Shown piece by piece: positions 1 through 12,148 of a DNA stretch of 64,000 bases. The notes below the pieces were generated by a model, which ran no database searches, was not told the DNA's origin, and saw only the letters and a program-made list of their open reading frames with translations. The DNA is from Octopus bimaculoides (Eukaryota). The stretch spans positions 50,746,395 through 50,810,394 of the forward strand of contig NC_068996.1 in assembly GCF_001194135.2 (NCBI RefSeq), given 5' to 3'. Position 1 is the first letter of the stretch. Every line of letters begins with the position of its first letter. A program made the translations under genes and the position numbers.

Positions 1-214
1 ATGAGAGGTATTGGTGTCAAGAAGACCCAAAGGTGTCAGGTAATGCTGAGTAAGTGCTATGGACAGACCATAGTTAAGCTCTAGGTGCGATAATGATATG
101 AATGAGGAGAACCAAGGTGGGTTGTGTATTAGCATGCATATATATAATAATTAACAGAATGAGATAAAAAAATTCAAGGGTGTGAATAGTTTTCAGAACA
201 TTTATAAAGAGAAG

Positions 215-262
215 GTCTTACAGCTGTTTCCGGGATATTTTATATATCCCTTCATCAGAGAC
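215..262 (-). ncRNA. Minimal type I hammerhead ribozyme (Penelope-like pLTR type)
   Basis: Reverse complement reads GTCT-CTGATGA-A-GGGATAT-ataaa-ATATCCC-G-GAAA-CAGCTG-TA-AGAC: intact CUGAUGA and GAAA core, 7-bp stem II (A.G mismatch at its base), palindromic stem III, GUA cleavage triplet, stem I GTCT/AGAC. Confidence 0.8.
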
Positions 263-434
263 GGTGTGAGATAATAAGTAATAGTTATTATAGAGAAGAT
301 ATGAAATACAGAATAAAGTGGAGGAATGAAAATACAATATCTTTACGTATCTCGCGTCTGTTTTCATTCCTTCATTTCCCTCTGTATTTCATGTCTTCTC
401 TATAATAACTATTACTTAAACATTTTCTCACACC

Positions 435-482
435 ATCTCTGTTGAAGGGATATATAAAATACTCTGGAAACAGCTGTAAGAC
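435..482 (+). ncRNA. Degenerate inverted copy of the same hammerhead ribozyme
   Basis: ATCT-CTGTTGA-AGGGATATATAAAATACTCTG-GAAA-CAGCTG-TA-AGAC; core position 6 mutated (CUGUUGA) and stems I/II weakened, so likely inactive. Confidence 0.65.
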
Positions 483-647
483 TTCCTCTTTAACAGAATG
501 AGATAAAAAAATCCAAGGCTGTGAATAGTTTTCAGAACATTTATAATTAATATACATATATATATAGATAGACAACTATCCATATTTCAATTATTAACGG
601 AAGTTTTTCAGTGAAAAAAAGAAATAAACAGTGCCAATGATGATGAT

Positions 648-850
648 AATTTCAAATTTTGGCGCAAGGCCAGAAATTTTGGGGAAGGGAGTAAGTCAAC
701 TATGTCGACCCCAGTGATTAACTGATACTTATTTTATCGATCCCGAAAGAGATGAAAGGCAAAGTCAGCCTCAGTGGAATTTGAACTCAGAACGTAAAGA
801 TGGATGAAATGCCACTAAGCATCTTTCCCAGCGTGCTAACGATTCTGTCT
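648..850 (-). mobile_element. SINE family B copy
   Basis: Reverse complement of the GCTGGCAGAA..GTTAGCACG..GTTCTGAGTTCAAATTCC..CTTTGCCTTTCATCCTTTCGGG motif seen at 1850, 25350, 25580, 28620 and 53550. Confidence 0.75.
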
Positions 851-1319
851 GCCAGAAATTGGAGAATGTCTGTAGTGCTGAAACAGTGTTGAAATTAATA
901 GACTGAGTGGAAGTGGTTGAAAAAAAAAAAGCCCCTCTACATTGAAGTTGCTTTTTATGCCAAACCCAACTTAAGGACTTTCCTGCTCTGATCATCCCCC
1001 CCTTTTTTTGTGTAGAGTATGTCAGATGCATTATCAAATGTAATATTTTAATTTATTTTGTTTTAGATGATAAGGTTTAATTTAATAGAGATTTAGCTGC
1101 TAATTTCAGAACTGAGCAATCAAACAGCGATTCTCTCATTGAAGGTCATTTAGTCAGTATATTCAATGCAACATCTGCTTAAAAATAATATTCAACTGAA
1201 AGAGTTCTTTTGATTGAATATTTCTAAATATACACTTTCAAATCGTGCTTGTGATTTCTTGAATATATTTAGCATTCTTATAAAAATATCTTTACTCTTA
1301 ACACCTGTCCCCACCTCTC

Positions 1320-1480
1320 CCCAGTCTCCCTCTCCTTTTCCCTCTCCTTTTCCCTCTCCTTTTCCNNNNNNNNNNCCCTCTCCTTTTCCCTCTCCTTTTC
1401 CCTCTCCTTTTCCCCTCTCCTTTTCCCCTCTCCTTTCTCCCTCTCCTTTCTCCCTCTCCCTCCCCTCTCTCTCCTCTCCT
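1320..1480 (+). repeat. Polypyrimidine minisatellite (TCCCTCTCCTTT)n
   Basis: Tandem 12-bp units interrupted by a short N gap. Confidence 0.9.
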
Positions 1481-1847
1481 GTTCTATTGTAATTGACTTA
1501 ATGAGAGCAGAGACTGTATACTAAAGTATAGATTTCTTCTAGTACATTGTTACCATTTATGAATTTAGTTGCTTATTAAATGAATAAACTGTGGCTTTTC
1601 TTTATTCTCTGTCTGTCTGTCTCTCACTGTCTCTCTCTCCCTGTCTGAGTTCCTTTTATAAATAGCATTCATAATTTGGTCTTGACGGGTTTTAAATAAA
1701 TTTGTCGGCAAACAGTTTAGGCATATTTAATTATAGTGCTTTATATGCAATTCATGTTTGTTTCTAATCCATACAGTTTCTGCCTACCAAACTCACTCAT
1801 AAGACATTGGGCAGCCTAGGGCTGCAGTAAAAGATAAGATGCATAAG

Positions 1848-2050
1848 GTGTCAAGCTGGCAGAAATGTTAGCATGCCGGGCGAAATGCAATATTTCATCT
1901 GTTTTTACATTGAGTTCAAATTCTGCTGAGGTTCACTTTGCCTTTCATCCTTTCAGGGTCAATAAATTAAGTACCAGTTGTGTACTGGGGGCGATCTAAT
2001 CGACTGGCCCCTGGTCTAAAATTTTTGGGCCTTGTTCCTAGAGTAGGAAA
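1848..2050 (+). mobile_element. SINE family B copy
   Basis: AGCTGGCAGAAATGTTAGCATGCCGGGCGAAATGC...GAGTTCAAATTCTGCTGAGG...GGGCCTTGTTCCTAGAGTAGGAAAA; multiple copies in the window. Confidence 0.8.
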
Positions 2051-2203
2051 AAAAAGCTGCATTTATACTCTCACTAGATGCCTGACAAAACTTTAAGTTG
2101 CATGGAGCTGAGTCAAATTGTTATTAAATAATATATGTAACTCCTATCAAATGTGTTGAGTGCCACTTTCTTTCATTTGTCCACTCAATCATATAATATA
2201 AAT

Positions 2204-2252
<49 letters not shown>

Positions 2253-2263
2253 TNNNNNNNNNN

Positions 2264-2310
<47 letters not shown>

Positions 2311-2339
2311 TTGCAAACAACTTGCACATGCAAGTGCTT

Positions 2340-2775
2340 CTAGTTGAGAGCTCCACATACTGGAAGCCAGCAAGTTGTATGGGGTCAACAGGAGAGAATG
2401 CATGCCGTTTCGGGGCCTACCTCTTGACGGCATCAGTGCACACCAGCCCCACTCACTGATATGAGGCCCACTTGCTAGATCAACTGATTATCAAATAAAC
2501 CTCAGTATTCTTCTAGCCATCGCTCATCGTCTCTTTTTAACCAAATCCAGTGACTAACCTTCTCCACTGTGGTTTGGATATCAGTCATGGTGGTATTTAC
2601 TTTGATGAGTTAGGCCTAATGATAACGACAGTCACTTCACACTGTGTCCAACAAACTCTCTACATCTGACTTCTATTGGAAAATGCTCCGCTTTCCAGCC
2701 TGTGTCTTCACAATACTCAAGGAGGTTTACATAATGATCAATCTTTCGAGCCTGAGTGGCGTCCATGTTATTTTC
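2340..2775 (-). mobile_element. 3' end of a HERO-like (restriction-like endonuclease) non-LTR retrotransposon, pseudogenised
   Basis: Minus-strand translation ENNMDATQARKIDHYVNLLEYCEDTGWKAEHFPIEVRCREFVGHSV...TTVEKVSHWIWLKRDDERWLEEY* matches the typical C-terminus of HERO-clade RLE LINEs (K.KY..L...GW....P.EVGCRGF...AE.AS.W.W..R). The 5' part runs into the N gap. Confidence 0.75.
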
Positions 2776-2790
2776 ATATATATATATATA

Positions 2791-3560
2791 NNNNNNNNNN
2801 NNNNNNNNNNNNNNNNNNNNNNNNNNNNNNNNNNNNNNNNNNNNNNNNNNNNNNNNNNNNNNNNNNNNNNNNNNNNNNNNNNNNNNNNNNNNNNNNNNNN
2901 NNNNNNNNNNNNNNNNNNNNNNNNNNNNNNNNNNNNNNNNNNNNNNNNNNNNNNNNNNNNNNNNNNNNNNNNNNNNNNNNNNNNNNNNNNNNNNNNNNNN
3001 NNNNNNNNNNNNNNNNNNNNNNNNNNNNNNNNNNNNNNNNNNNNNNNNNNNNNNNNNNNNNNNNNNNNNNNNNNNNNNNNNNNNNNNNNNNNNNNNNNNN
3101 NNNNNNNNNNNNNNNNNNNNNNNNNNNNNNNNNNNNNNNNNNNNNNNNNNNNNNNNNNNNNNNNNNNNNNNNNNNNNNNNNNNNNNNNNNNNNNNNNNNN
3201 NNNNNNNNNNNNNNNNNNNNNNNNNNNNNNNNNNNNNNNNNNNNNNNNNNNNNNNNNNNNNNNNNNNNNNNNNNNNNNNNNNNNNNNNNNNNNNNNNNNN
3301 NNNNNNNNNNNNNNNNNNNNNNNNNNNNNNNNNNNNNNNNNNNNNNNNNNNNNNNNNNNNNNNNNNNNNNNNNNNNNNNNNNNNNNNNNNNNNNNNNNNN
3401 NNNNNNNNNNNNNNNNNNNNNNNNNNNNNNNNNNNNNNNNNNNNNNNNNNNNNNNNNNNNNNNNNNNNNNNNNNNNNNNNNNNNNNNNNNNNNNNNNNNN
3501 NNNNNNNNNNNNNNNNNNNNNNNNNNNNNNNNNNNNNNNNNNNNNNNNNNNNNNNNNNNN
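2791..3560. other. Assembly gap flanked by (TA)n; other large gaps at 15638-16180, 23143-23445, 38456-38734, 45218-45590
   Basis: N runs, mostly bordered by microsatellites. Confidence 0.99.
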
Positions 3561-3599
3561 TATATATATATAGTAGAAAACACTTGTACAAGGTGCTGT

Positions 3600-3865
3600 G
3601 CAGTGGAGGCACATGGCTTAGTGATTGGTTTGTTGGACTCCTGATTGTAAGATTTTAGTTTCAATTCCTGTACTGGGAAATGTGTTTGCATTCTTGAGCA
3701 AAACACTTCATTTCACATTGCTCCAGTTCACTGAGCTGGAAAAAGTGAGTAACCCTGCAATGGACCGGTGTCCTGTCCAGGTGGGGGAATATATACACCA
3801 TGGAAACCAGGAAACCGGTCCTTATGAATTGGCATGACCCGAAAAGGTAACCTCACTTTTTTTTT
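3600..3865 (+). mobile_element. tRNA-derived SINE (family D)
   Basis: Head TGGCTTAGTGA..TTTCAATTCC, central CTTGAGCAAAACACTTCATTTCAC shared with 61310-61570, T-rich tail. Confidence 0.7.
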
Positions 3866-4049
3866 TGTACTGTAGAACTGATCCTAAAATGTTGTGGTTT
3901 CAATGTAAGCTGTTTTTAGAACAAATATCTGTATTAAGGAGATTCTATGAAAGAAGAGATTGAAGGCTAATGACAAATAACTAAGTCCTATCCTTTCATA
4001 TAATTGATTACAATAGCAGCTGTGTTATATTAATAATAATAATTATTGA

Positions 4050-4420
4050 GTGTCCTTTGTATCCCCAACGCATCATCAAGCTTGAACCTAGTTTCTTGAC
4101 AACCATAACATTCCACAGCCTATCCTCGCTGTTGTCCATTGATGTCTTTAGCAGTGTCCCCACTCTGTTGCAAGCATCTGGGTCATGTCTATAGTTTGAA
4201 GTCAACTTGGTATCTTGAAATACTCTATTCTATTGTGCCTTTATTGTGTAATACCCTGTTTGTTTAACAGTACAAGTAGATGGAAGTTGTTCATCAGTGG
4301 AAGCTCACTGCTAGATACAACTGGAATATGTTCCCATGAGTAACATTTCAGAATACTGAGCTATTATTTGTTGATATGACAACCCACAATCATTAACTTC
4401 CAACAGTTGTACTATTTACA
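4050..4420 (-). mobile_element. Possible highly decayed RLE-type LINE C-terminal fragment
   Basis: Broken frames give ..WEHI..RHNRI.. and ..DRLWNVMVV.. resembling the zinc-knuckle/RLE region; weak similarity. Confidence 0.3.
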
Positions 4421-5068
4421 TGGATTGCATCAACACAGGGGGTTGTAGTTTTTTAGTTTCCCCTTTCTTTCAACATTTTCAGATCTCTATGAAGGTTGCA
4501 TGCTGTCTTTTCTCTTTTAAGTAACATATAGAAAACATTTTTTTAAAAACCAAATGCTTCTTTTATGTAGTTTATTTTTCTGAAATATCCACTTAAAGAA
4601 AGCATTTAAGAAAAAAAAATCAATGAATTACTCATGTCTTCTTTCTATGCCAAATTTCATTTTTCCCTTCCTATTTCAATCTCCTAATATAATAATGAGT
4701 GCAGTGTTTATATATATATATATATATATATTTGTTTGTCCAGAATCATGGTGGACACAGAGGAGGAGAGAAAATAGTAATTCAGTGAAGGAGAAGTAGT
4801 GAGAGTATTAGCCCTGACTGAGAGGGAGTGAGAGAAAGGAAGGGGTGATAGATGAATAAGGAAGAGGTGAAAAAATCAGTGTTTCAACTCTGTGTGAGTA
4901 TATGTGTGTGTGTGTGTGTGCATGTACAAAGGAAGTATGTAAATGTTTGTATGTGTGATTATTATGTACGTTATTTTGTACCTTATCTACATATAAAATA
5001 CTACAATTAACCGTCATTATTGACAGCACGTGGTCAGCTAGTATTTCTAATGACATCTTTATCTGCAG

Positions 5069-5100
5069 GTGTTAATTATTCCATTTGACATAAAGCATTT
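5069..5100 (+). other. Candidate 32-nt exon
   Basis: ctttatctgcAG|...|GTAAGT; phase 0 reads VLIIPFDIKH. Splice signals only. Confidence 0.3.
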
Positions 5101-5579
5101 GTAAGTTAAGTGTTAAAGTGTTAACAGAAAGGTGTGTGTGTGAAGCGCTCTGCATTAACTATAAACATGATTGGATGATAAAGTTTCTCTTTTTCTTTTC
5201 GTTCTAGCAGTTCTATAGTGATCTGAGATTTAAATAATACAAATGTACTTTGAGCTGCAATTTAAATATTTATATAAGGCCAAAGAAGGCAGGAATAGCC
5301 TTTTATCTTTTACCCTGCTATTGTCAAAACCTGTATATCAAGAAGTGTGAATTTGGTTTAATGGGAGAAGGCATGATGTTAAGAACTCTGAGTAAATGAC
5401 GTTGGAAATTCTAAAAATCCTTTTGAATTTGTTTCATGAATGCTATTCTGTACCGTTGTTTAATTTATACGACTAGGCAGCTGAGGGTTCCCGGCTAATG
5501 ACACCTTTTATAAGTATTTGGCATATGGACCACAAGGTTGCAATTGAAATAGTTTCTAAAGGTAGAAATACTCTTAATA

Positions 5580-5613
<34 letters not shown>

Positions 5614-6409
5614 GTCAGTCATTGCTGTTACATTGCCAATATTTTTATATTAATTATTTAATTATCAGTTATTTAATTTTGTGAATTGCTTAAAAGAGTC
5701 AATGTTTTAATGAAAGCTTCAAAACTGTGCTGACAGTGAATTCCTTTTATAATTATTTCATATTGGAATAGTTTTTGCACAAAAGAGTAATTTGTTGTGG
5801 CAGTATGGAACAATTACTGAAATCTCAGGAATTGTTTAACTATCGTAGTAATGAATTTCTGTGTTATGTATTTTAATAACAATTTAGGAAATTAATTATG
5901 TCAAAGAATTCTTTGAACAGTCCAATCCACACATATACTATATTTGGTTTATATTTATTGTTGGCTTCATATTTTTTTCATGGAAAGTTTCAGATGCCAA
6001 ATGATCTTTCTTTGCTGGCCATTATTCATATTCTGCAACAAAAACTTGTTTTGGTGCCAGTTTGATTCTGAGTTTCAGGTCAGAATGTTCTTGTGTGTGG
6101 CAAAACATCAATCTTCCCTTACAACTGTTTTGGACTAGGTTGTAGCAGGTTTATAGTGTTATTTTCAAATACTGATGAAGGTTTTGTTTCATTCAATATC
6201 TTAAAGCAGTGACCCTTAATTTTTTTGGCATTTGGTATTCTGGAAATCAAATAAATAAATCACCAGTACATTTCATAAGGAAAGTTCAAAGGAAAAAAAA
6301 AAAAAAAGAGAAAAAAAAACTATTCAAGGCTGAAACATATAAAAGAATTTAGAAATCTATTGCTTTTCTTATTTTATTAATCATACAAAATTTTCAAGAT
6401 ATTTAAGCA

Positions 6410-6830
6410 TTAACCCTTTTGTTACCATATTTCTGTTGAAATACACTGGCTTTGTTCAATACATTTTGAAAATTACAAAGAATTTAAAATAACTGTCTTA
6501 AGCTGATGTTTGGATCATAAATAAACACAAAATTTTGATGTAAGGTTTTAATTTAAATCACTTTAACCCTTTTGTTACCATATTTCTGTTGAGATACACT
6601 GTTTTTGTTTCAATCAGTTTTGAAAATAAGGAAGAATTTAAGATAATTTTGTCATTATTAAGCTTGTATTTAGACCATGAATAAACACAAAATTCTGATG
6701 GAAGGTTTTAATTTAGATCACTTTAACCCTTTTGTTACCATATTTCTGTTGAGATACACTGTTTTGTTTCAATCAGTTTTGAAAATAAGGAAGAATTTAA
6801 GATAATTTTGTCATTATTAAGCTGGAGTTT
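6410..6830 (+). repeat. About 2.7 tandem copies of a ~155-bp unit starting TTAACCCTTTTGTTACCATATTTCTGTTG
   Basis: Units start near 6412, 6564 and 6723; TTAA-CCCT start resembles piggyBac-type termini. Confidence 0.85.
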
Positions 6831-7140
6831 GGACAAGGGGACAAATATCAGATAGATGTATAGAGGCCTATATTTGAATAATGTACACTCTTTGGGCATA
6901 TACATTCTATTTTACATATAAAATAAAGGCTCCCAAAAAAATGCTACTCAGATAACTCTTTAGTTTGGACATTTGACCACAAAACTATGTAGATTTTAAT
7001 CTTCATTTGCATGGATTTTGAATTCAATGATAATCTTTTTGTTTGTTTTATATTTGGTGTGGATCTAATGAGTTTATTATTTTAAGAAATTTAATTATTT
7101 ACTTTTTCTAACCCTTCACCTGTCCAGTGTATCACATGTG

Positions 7141-7202
<62 letters not shown>

Positions 7203-8134
7203 GACATATTTTTCCTGACATCCATGCATCATATATTTTGCACATTACCAACTCTTTTTATTGACTGCCAGTGTAATTTAGGAACTTATGAAAGGAAAGC
7301 TTTATGTTACTCAGAATGTATGAAACAAGCGCTAAAAGACTGAAAACCACCATGGACGTTTAGGACAAATTTACAAAAATACTTTAGACAGGCAGAGGGT
7401 TAATTTTGATTTATTGTACAAGCAAATTAAAAAAAATAAATAAATGAACAAGGTCTGTTCTGAGTTTTTTTCTTTTATTACATTAAAAACTATATTGGAA
7501 TTGAGTCAAATATATAATGGAAAATGTGTGCATATACCAACTGTTAAGGGTAATGAAAAATGGCAAATGTAGAAGTGTGATTATGTGAAGCAGCTGTTAA
7601 AGTAGAACAACAGATAGACAATACTAGTGTTCATTCGACCGAAAACTTTCCATTTAGAATAGGAGACTGAAAATTGTATGGCGACTCTCGTTAGTTTTCT
7701 GTTATTATGGATATGAATGAAATTATTTTCCAGCTTAGCAGAGTAATTATACATCTAGTAAGATCACACGGATAGGTGTAATCAATTTTGATTGTTGTTA
7801 TCAGCAGCATAGTCACCACTCGAATGTGAGATCGTGACAGTTCTGTTTCTGTTGGTTATTGTTCTATTTATTACTTATTTCTGTTATGCTTGTTAGCTAA
7901 TTTATGTGACCAAAATGAAAATTGAACAAATGCTTGTGTGGACACAAAAAAATGGGTGACAGGTTGGAAGAAAGATATTTGTTTGAAGAGTAAAATAACA
8001 GACGCCATCCATATGGAAAACAATGTGCAATCGTTAACATATTTAATGCAAAGAGCATTAGAAGTACCACTAGCTGTGTGTTCATAAAAAAAAAATGTTA
8101 GTGATTAATACAAGTCCCCCAGGCAAGTATGAGG

Positions 8135-8180
8135 ACAACTACAGAAGGTTTTGGTCTTATTCTGACCTCATCAGCAAAGC
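8135..8180 (-). ncRNA. Degenerate hammerhead ribozyme remnant at the 3' end of the Penelope fossil
   Basis: CTGATGA-GGTC-agaataa-GACC-AAAAC (GAAA mutated to AAAA). Confidence 0.45.
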
Positions 8181-8289
8181 ATAGCCTTTAAATGCTAAAG
8201 GGTTAAAGAAGATTTGAGATAGGATATAAAGGGAGGTAATAATAAAGTAAAAAGAACAGATTAAATTGATAATCATTAGATAACATATC

Positions 8290-9960
8290 CCTTGCTAGGC
8301 AGCTAGGTTTTAGATTGCACGTATAATTAATAGTAGATTCATGAATATCGAGTGCAGTCGTTTTAGAATTTTTAGACGATGATAAGGTTTGATGTAGTAG
8401 AAGAAACAGATTTTAAGTTTTTTAATTAAACATTTTTATAATGCTTGTGCTCTGTTTACATATGTGTATGAGGAATTGAGCAACTTGAAAAAAGATTTAG
8501 CTACTGGATAGCTAGGTTGAAATCATTTCTTTCTTTCTTATTTCTTTGAAAAATTGTGCTAGATATTCAGTGTAAGTGATCTTAAAACTACTTCTAGATA
8601 GAACTGTAGTATAGTACTGGGAAGACTCTTATCAACAGAAAGTTTAGATAATCTCAGAGAAATCCTTCTGACTAAATTATTATATTCCTTGGGTGATTTG
8701 AATGTTTGTGTTTGTGCTTCTAGAATAAATTTAGTTTATGGTTAAGATAGTACTATGAGTTGGTTAAATCTCAAGTGATATTCAAAAAGTTGGTTCTGGT
8801 TAGTCTGGTTTCTATGGTAATCAGTAATCGTTCTTGAAAATGTAGTTTTTTTCTTTCTTTCTGATTTTGAAGTTTGAGGTTTATGATTATTCAAAATAAA
8901 GGCCATCATCTCTATATAGTTCTCTTTTAGCAAGTAGTGTAATTAAATACAGGCTAATATCAAGACTAATTTAAGCAGAACCATTGACTCTTAGGCTGAC
9001 ATTGAATAGAATGTTTTGAATATTTTTTTCAATCCATATAGAATTGTTATATTTGGAAGTGGTTTTTCTTTGCATATAAAGTCTTTTCAGAGTTAGTGAT
9101 ATTGGATAATCAATTTTGTGAAAAACTTCATTAATTAATAGAGGTTAGGCGATTGAGGAGCAACAGTCTTTAATATCAGATAGTTGTGATTGAATACCAT
9201 TCTTATCCGGGATTAATTTGAACCACTTAATTACTGTTATGATATAATTCTATGAAATTAAGAGTGATATATCCTTAATTTTAGTGATAATTTTTCTGAT
9301 TACTTAATCCCTCAGTTTATTTTAGTGAGGTTGATGCAATACATGGAAAGCTTATGAACAAAGTAAGTTTTATGGTCTTTCAAAGTCAAATAAGGTGGTT
9401 TAGGCATGAATGGTTTAGATCTGTCTTGCAATGGAGAATAATCTCATTAAAGGTATTCTAATTTTGCTTGTTTGAAAATATTAGTGAAGGTCTTTGACTC
9501 TAACACTTAACACTGACTGTCTGGTTCATATGTGTCCTACATTTTATTATTTTGGATATTTTTTCAGTTTTTTAAAATTATTATTTGAAAACTTAGCTAT
9601 TTATGTAGTTTAGCCATATTATGGGATAATTTGAAATTTAGTGGTTTATAATAAAGAAGAAAAAATTTCCCTTTTCAAACAATCTTTTGTTTTAATTCCA
9701 TATTTGAAACTTGCTTTGGTTCTCTTTTTGTTTGTCAAAGAAATATGTTTATTTACTACTTGTGATCTTTTAATGAAATTTTCTGTTTTGGATTGTGACA
9801 CTTAATGCTAGATTTCCATGCATGGAATAACATTTTGTTGTTGATGGTTAAATCTGTTTTCTGTTTCTGTATTTTAAGTTTGTGGCTTGAGGGTTCAAAT
9901 GAAAGGAGTGTTAATTTGAATGTTGTAAGTCCCAATGGAAAATTAAGATTTTCAAACAAA
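8290..9960 (-). mobile_element. Decayed Penelope-like retroelement reverse transcriptase (Naiad/Chlamys-like)
   Basis: Broken minus-strand frames: KPPYLTLKDHK, VIKWFKLIPDK, DIKDCCSSI, WIEKN..FNVS, LYRDDGL, matching YITLKDHK..VI.WFK..FDI..FYPSI..LYRDDGL motifs of that PLE group; many stops and frameshifts. Confidence 0.7.
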
Positions 9961-10390
9961 GGCTAGTTGAAATGAAATATTTAAATATTTTAGGTTACAA
10001 TCTGTTTCATTCCAAAATACATTTTTGAAGATTTAAAATGACGGTGAAGAATTATAAATAAAGGCTAGTATGGAGAAATATTGAGGGAAGAGATGACATA
10101 TGGATGATGGAATGTTTAAGCAAAGCAAAAGATATACAGAAAATGGTTAAATGGAAGGGAGAACAAGATAAAGATGTGTATAAAAGATGGGTCTGAAATA
10201 TAATTAAACAAGAGGGCCCCTCTCTCTGCATAACAACCGTGAACAGCTTTGATTAGTCTCAGTATTTAAATTGTTATATTCATACTGCTAATGAATGTAA
10301 TATGCAAAAAAAAAAAAAAAAGAGTAAAATGGTGACTGTTACTCCTAGAAATATTCATAAGTAGCTCTAAACTGTTTCCTCTTTCTGTAG

Positions 10391-10444
10391 GGTGAACTCA
10401 ACAAGACACTCTTGCAAATGATTGGCAATTGCTTGTTGAAACTG
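10391..10444 (+). other. Candidate 54-nt exon, frame unresolved
   Basis: ctttctgtAG| acceptor, weak GTTGGG donor; phase 0 reads GELNKTLLQMIGNCLLKL, phase 1 reads x-TGA-TQQDTLANDWQLLVET. Confidence 0.3.
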
Positions 10445-11307
10445 GTTGGGTTCTAAGATTCATCTTTCAGAGAGAGAGAGAGAGAGAGTGAGAGAGAGAG
10501 AGTGAGAGAGAGAGAGTGAGAGAGAAAGCTTTGTTGTTTGTACACAACATATATTTACACAGTGAAGTAGAACATATGTACTTATTCACAGTTTATCTGT
10601 GTACACACACACGCGTGCACACACAGGATATCAGCATTTTCAGTTATTTCAAGCAATGACTGACCCAAGATTTAAATCACTTAGTTGATAAAGTCTATTT
10701 ATTCAAGTAAAACCAACCTAGGCTGCTCAGCAGAAATGTATTTACCTGAATATCGTATAATCATAATAACCCTAGTGTAGCAATATAGCCATGGGTGTGT
10801 GCTGAATGAAATCAAACAATTAAGTTGAAGTTCTTTTATTTATTTCTCTACCTGCTGTCTGACAGATCTTGTTGGTCATCTCAAGAAATGGATCTCCCCC
10901 CCCCCCAGCTNNNNNNNNNNCCCCCAGCTTTTTTTTTTTTTTGCGGTCAAAATATTTTAAGGTCCATGAAGTCTGCTAAAAGAGGCTATGAATTATTTTG
11001 CTTATACAAATTGTTATTAAAACCAAATACAATTATGTGATATGAACTGTATACATTGCAAAAGGTTATCTCTTCTATATTGGTTTTCCATGACACTGGA
11101 GGCTTATTCTTCTGCTAACATACCAACATTAGAGTTAATGTCAAAGTGTTGCTTTTATTTATCATTTCTGATTGATGTGAGGAATTTTGTTGCTGTGGAA
11201 AAAAAAAAAAAAAGATCTGTTTGCAATTGAAGTTTAACAACTAACTATAAAGCAATTGTAAATCATTTTGAAATGTTTTTATTTCGAAGCATTTTACTAT
11301 TTTATTG

Positions 11308-11369
<62 letters not shown>

Positions 11370-12112
11370 TGGATAGATAGATAGATAGATATTGGCTGTT
11401 TGCTTTGTAACAAAAAATGTATATTGAATGCAAATTGTTTGCTATGATATACATACACTCACAAATACCACTGCAAACATGTGTGTTTTTTGTGTGTGTA
11501 CACACACACACACACACACACGAGTAATTTCAATATCCCAAAGCAGAGTGTTGTCATTTATTTGAGTGTCGCTTTTCCATTTAATTTCAACTGATGAAGC
11601 AGAAATGTGAAACTCAAGTAGTGACTGACTCACCTTGGGTTTCAATGAACTTTTTTCCACTCTATTTCACTGTGTTGAGTTCTTTTTTTTTTTGTTTTTC
11701 TTTTTGCTTTATTATACACACACAGAGGCATTTGTGCAAATGATTTGTTCAATATCTATCTTATTTTTGTGTTAGAAAATATCTATTTGTATAGGTAGTA
11801 GCTATATTAATCATTTCCATATGTTGAAACGGTGATATATTTTTAAAGTTCTATATTTGGTTTCAAAGTTTACGAAGAAAAAAATAATTTGATCAGTCTA
11901 ATACATTTTGTAATATTTTCCAGTGTGTATCCTTCTTTGAGTATTTTGGACGAAAATTTTGTATAGGGCCTTGAACAGCAATTGTTTGACTCCTAGTCAT
12001 GCGTTCCATTGAGTGCTAAAGATATTTATTTAACTGTTTGATATTGTATGTGATTTTGATATCATTCAGTTTACTGTGTTCATAGGTGAATTAAACTTCT
12101 CAACTGCTGCAG

Positions 12113-12148
12113 ACTTCTGGAAAATTTACGACACTCATATCCAGGCAG
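12113..12148 (+). CDS. Candidate coding micro-exon (alternative acceptor at 12086)
   Basis: cttctcaactgctgcAG|..GCAG|GTAGAA; phase 2 reads LLENLRHSYPG; from 12086 in phase 1 reads GELNFSTAADFWKIYDTHIQA. Confidence 0.35.

Larger units (their letters stand above)
152..546. mobile_element. Inverted pair of Penelope-like pLTR segments flanked by ~55-bp direct repeats
   Basis: 207-332 is the reverse complement of ~360-490; TAACAGAATGAGATAAAAAAAT..AAGG.TGTGAATAGTTTTCAGAACATTTATAA occurs at 152-206 and 491-546. Confidence 0.65.

Noticed and set aside
2632-3706. Long ORFs of about 250-330 aa in the ORF track (also 15511-16392, 22803-23581, 38251-38838, 44972-45661)
   Set aside because: They are open only because they run through N gaps and microsatellites.
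5994-6078. Candidate 85-nt + exon
   Set aside because: Weak donor (GTCAGA) and no frame supported by neighbouring exons.
7271-7342. Candidate + exon CNLGTYERKALCYSECMKQALKD* or GRAM-like ELMKGKLYVTQN
   Set aside because: No consistent partner exons in the right order; the GRAM resemblance is too short.
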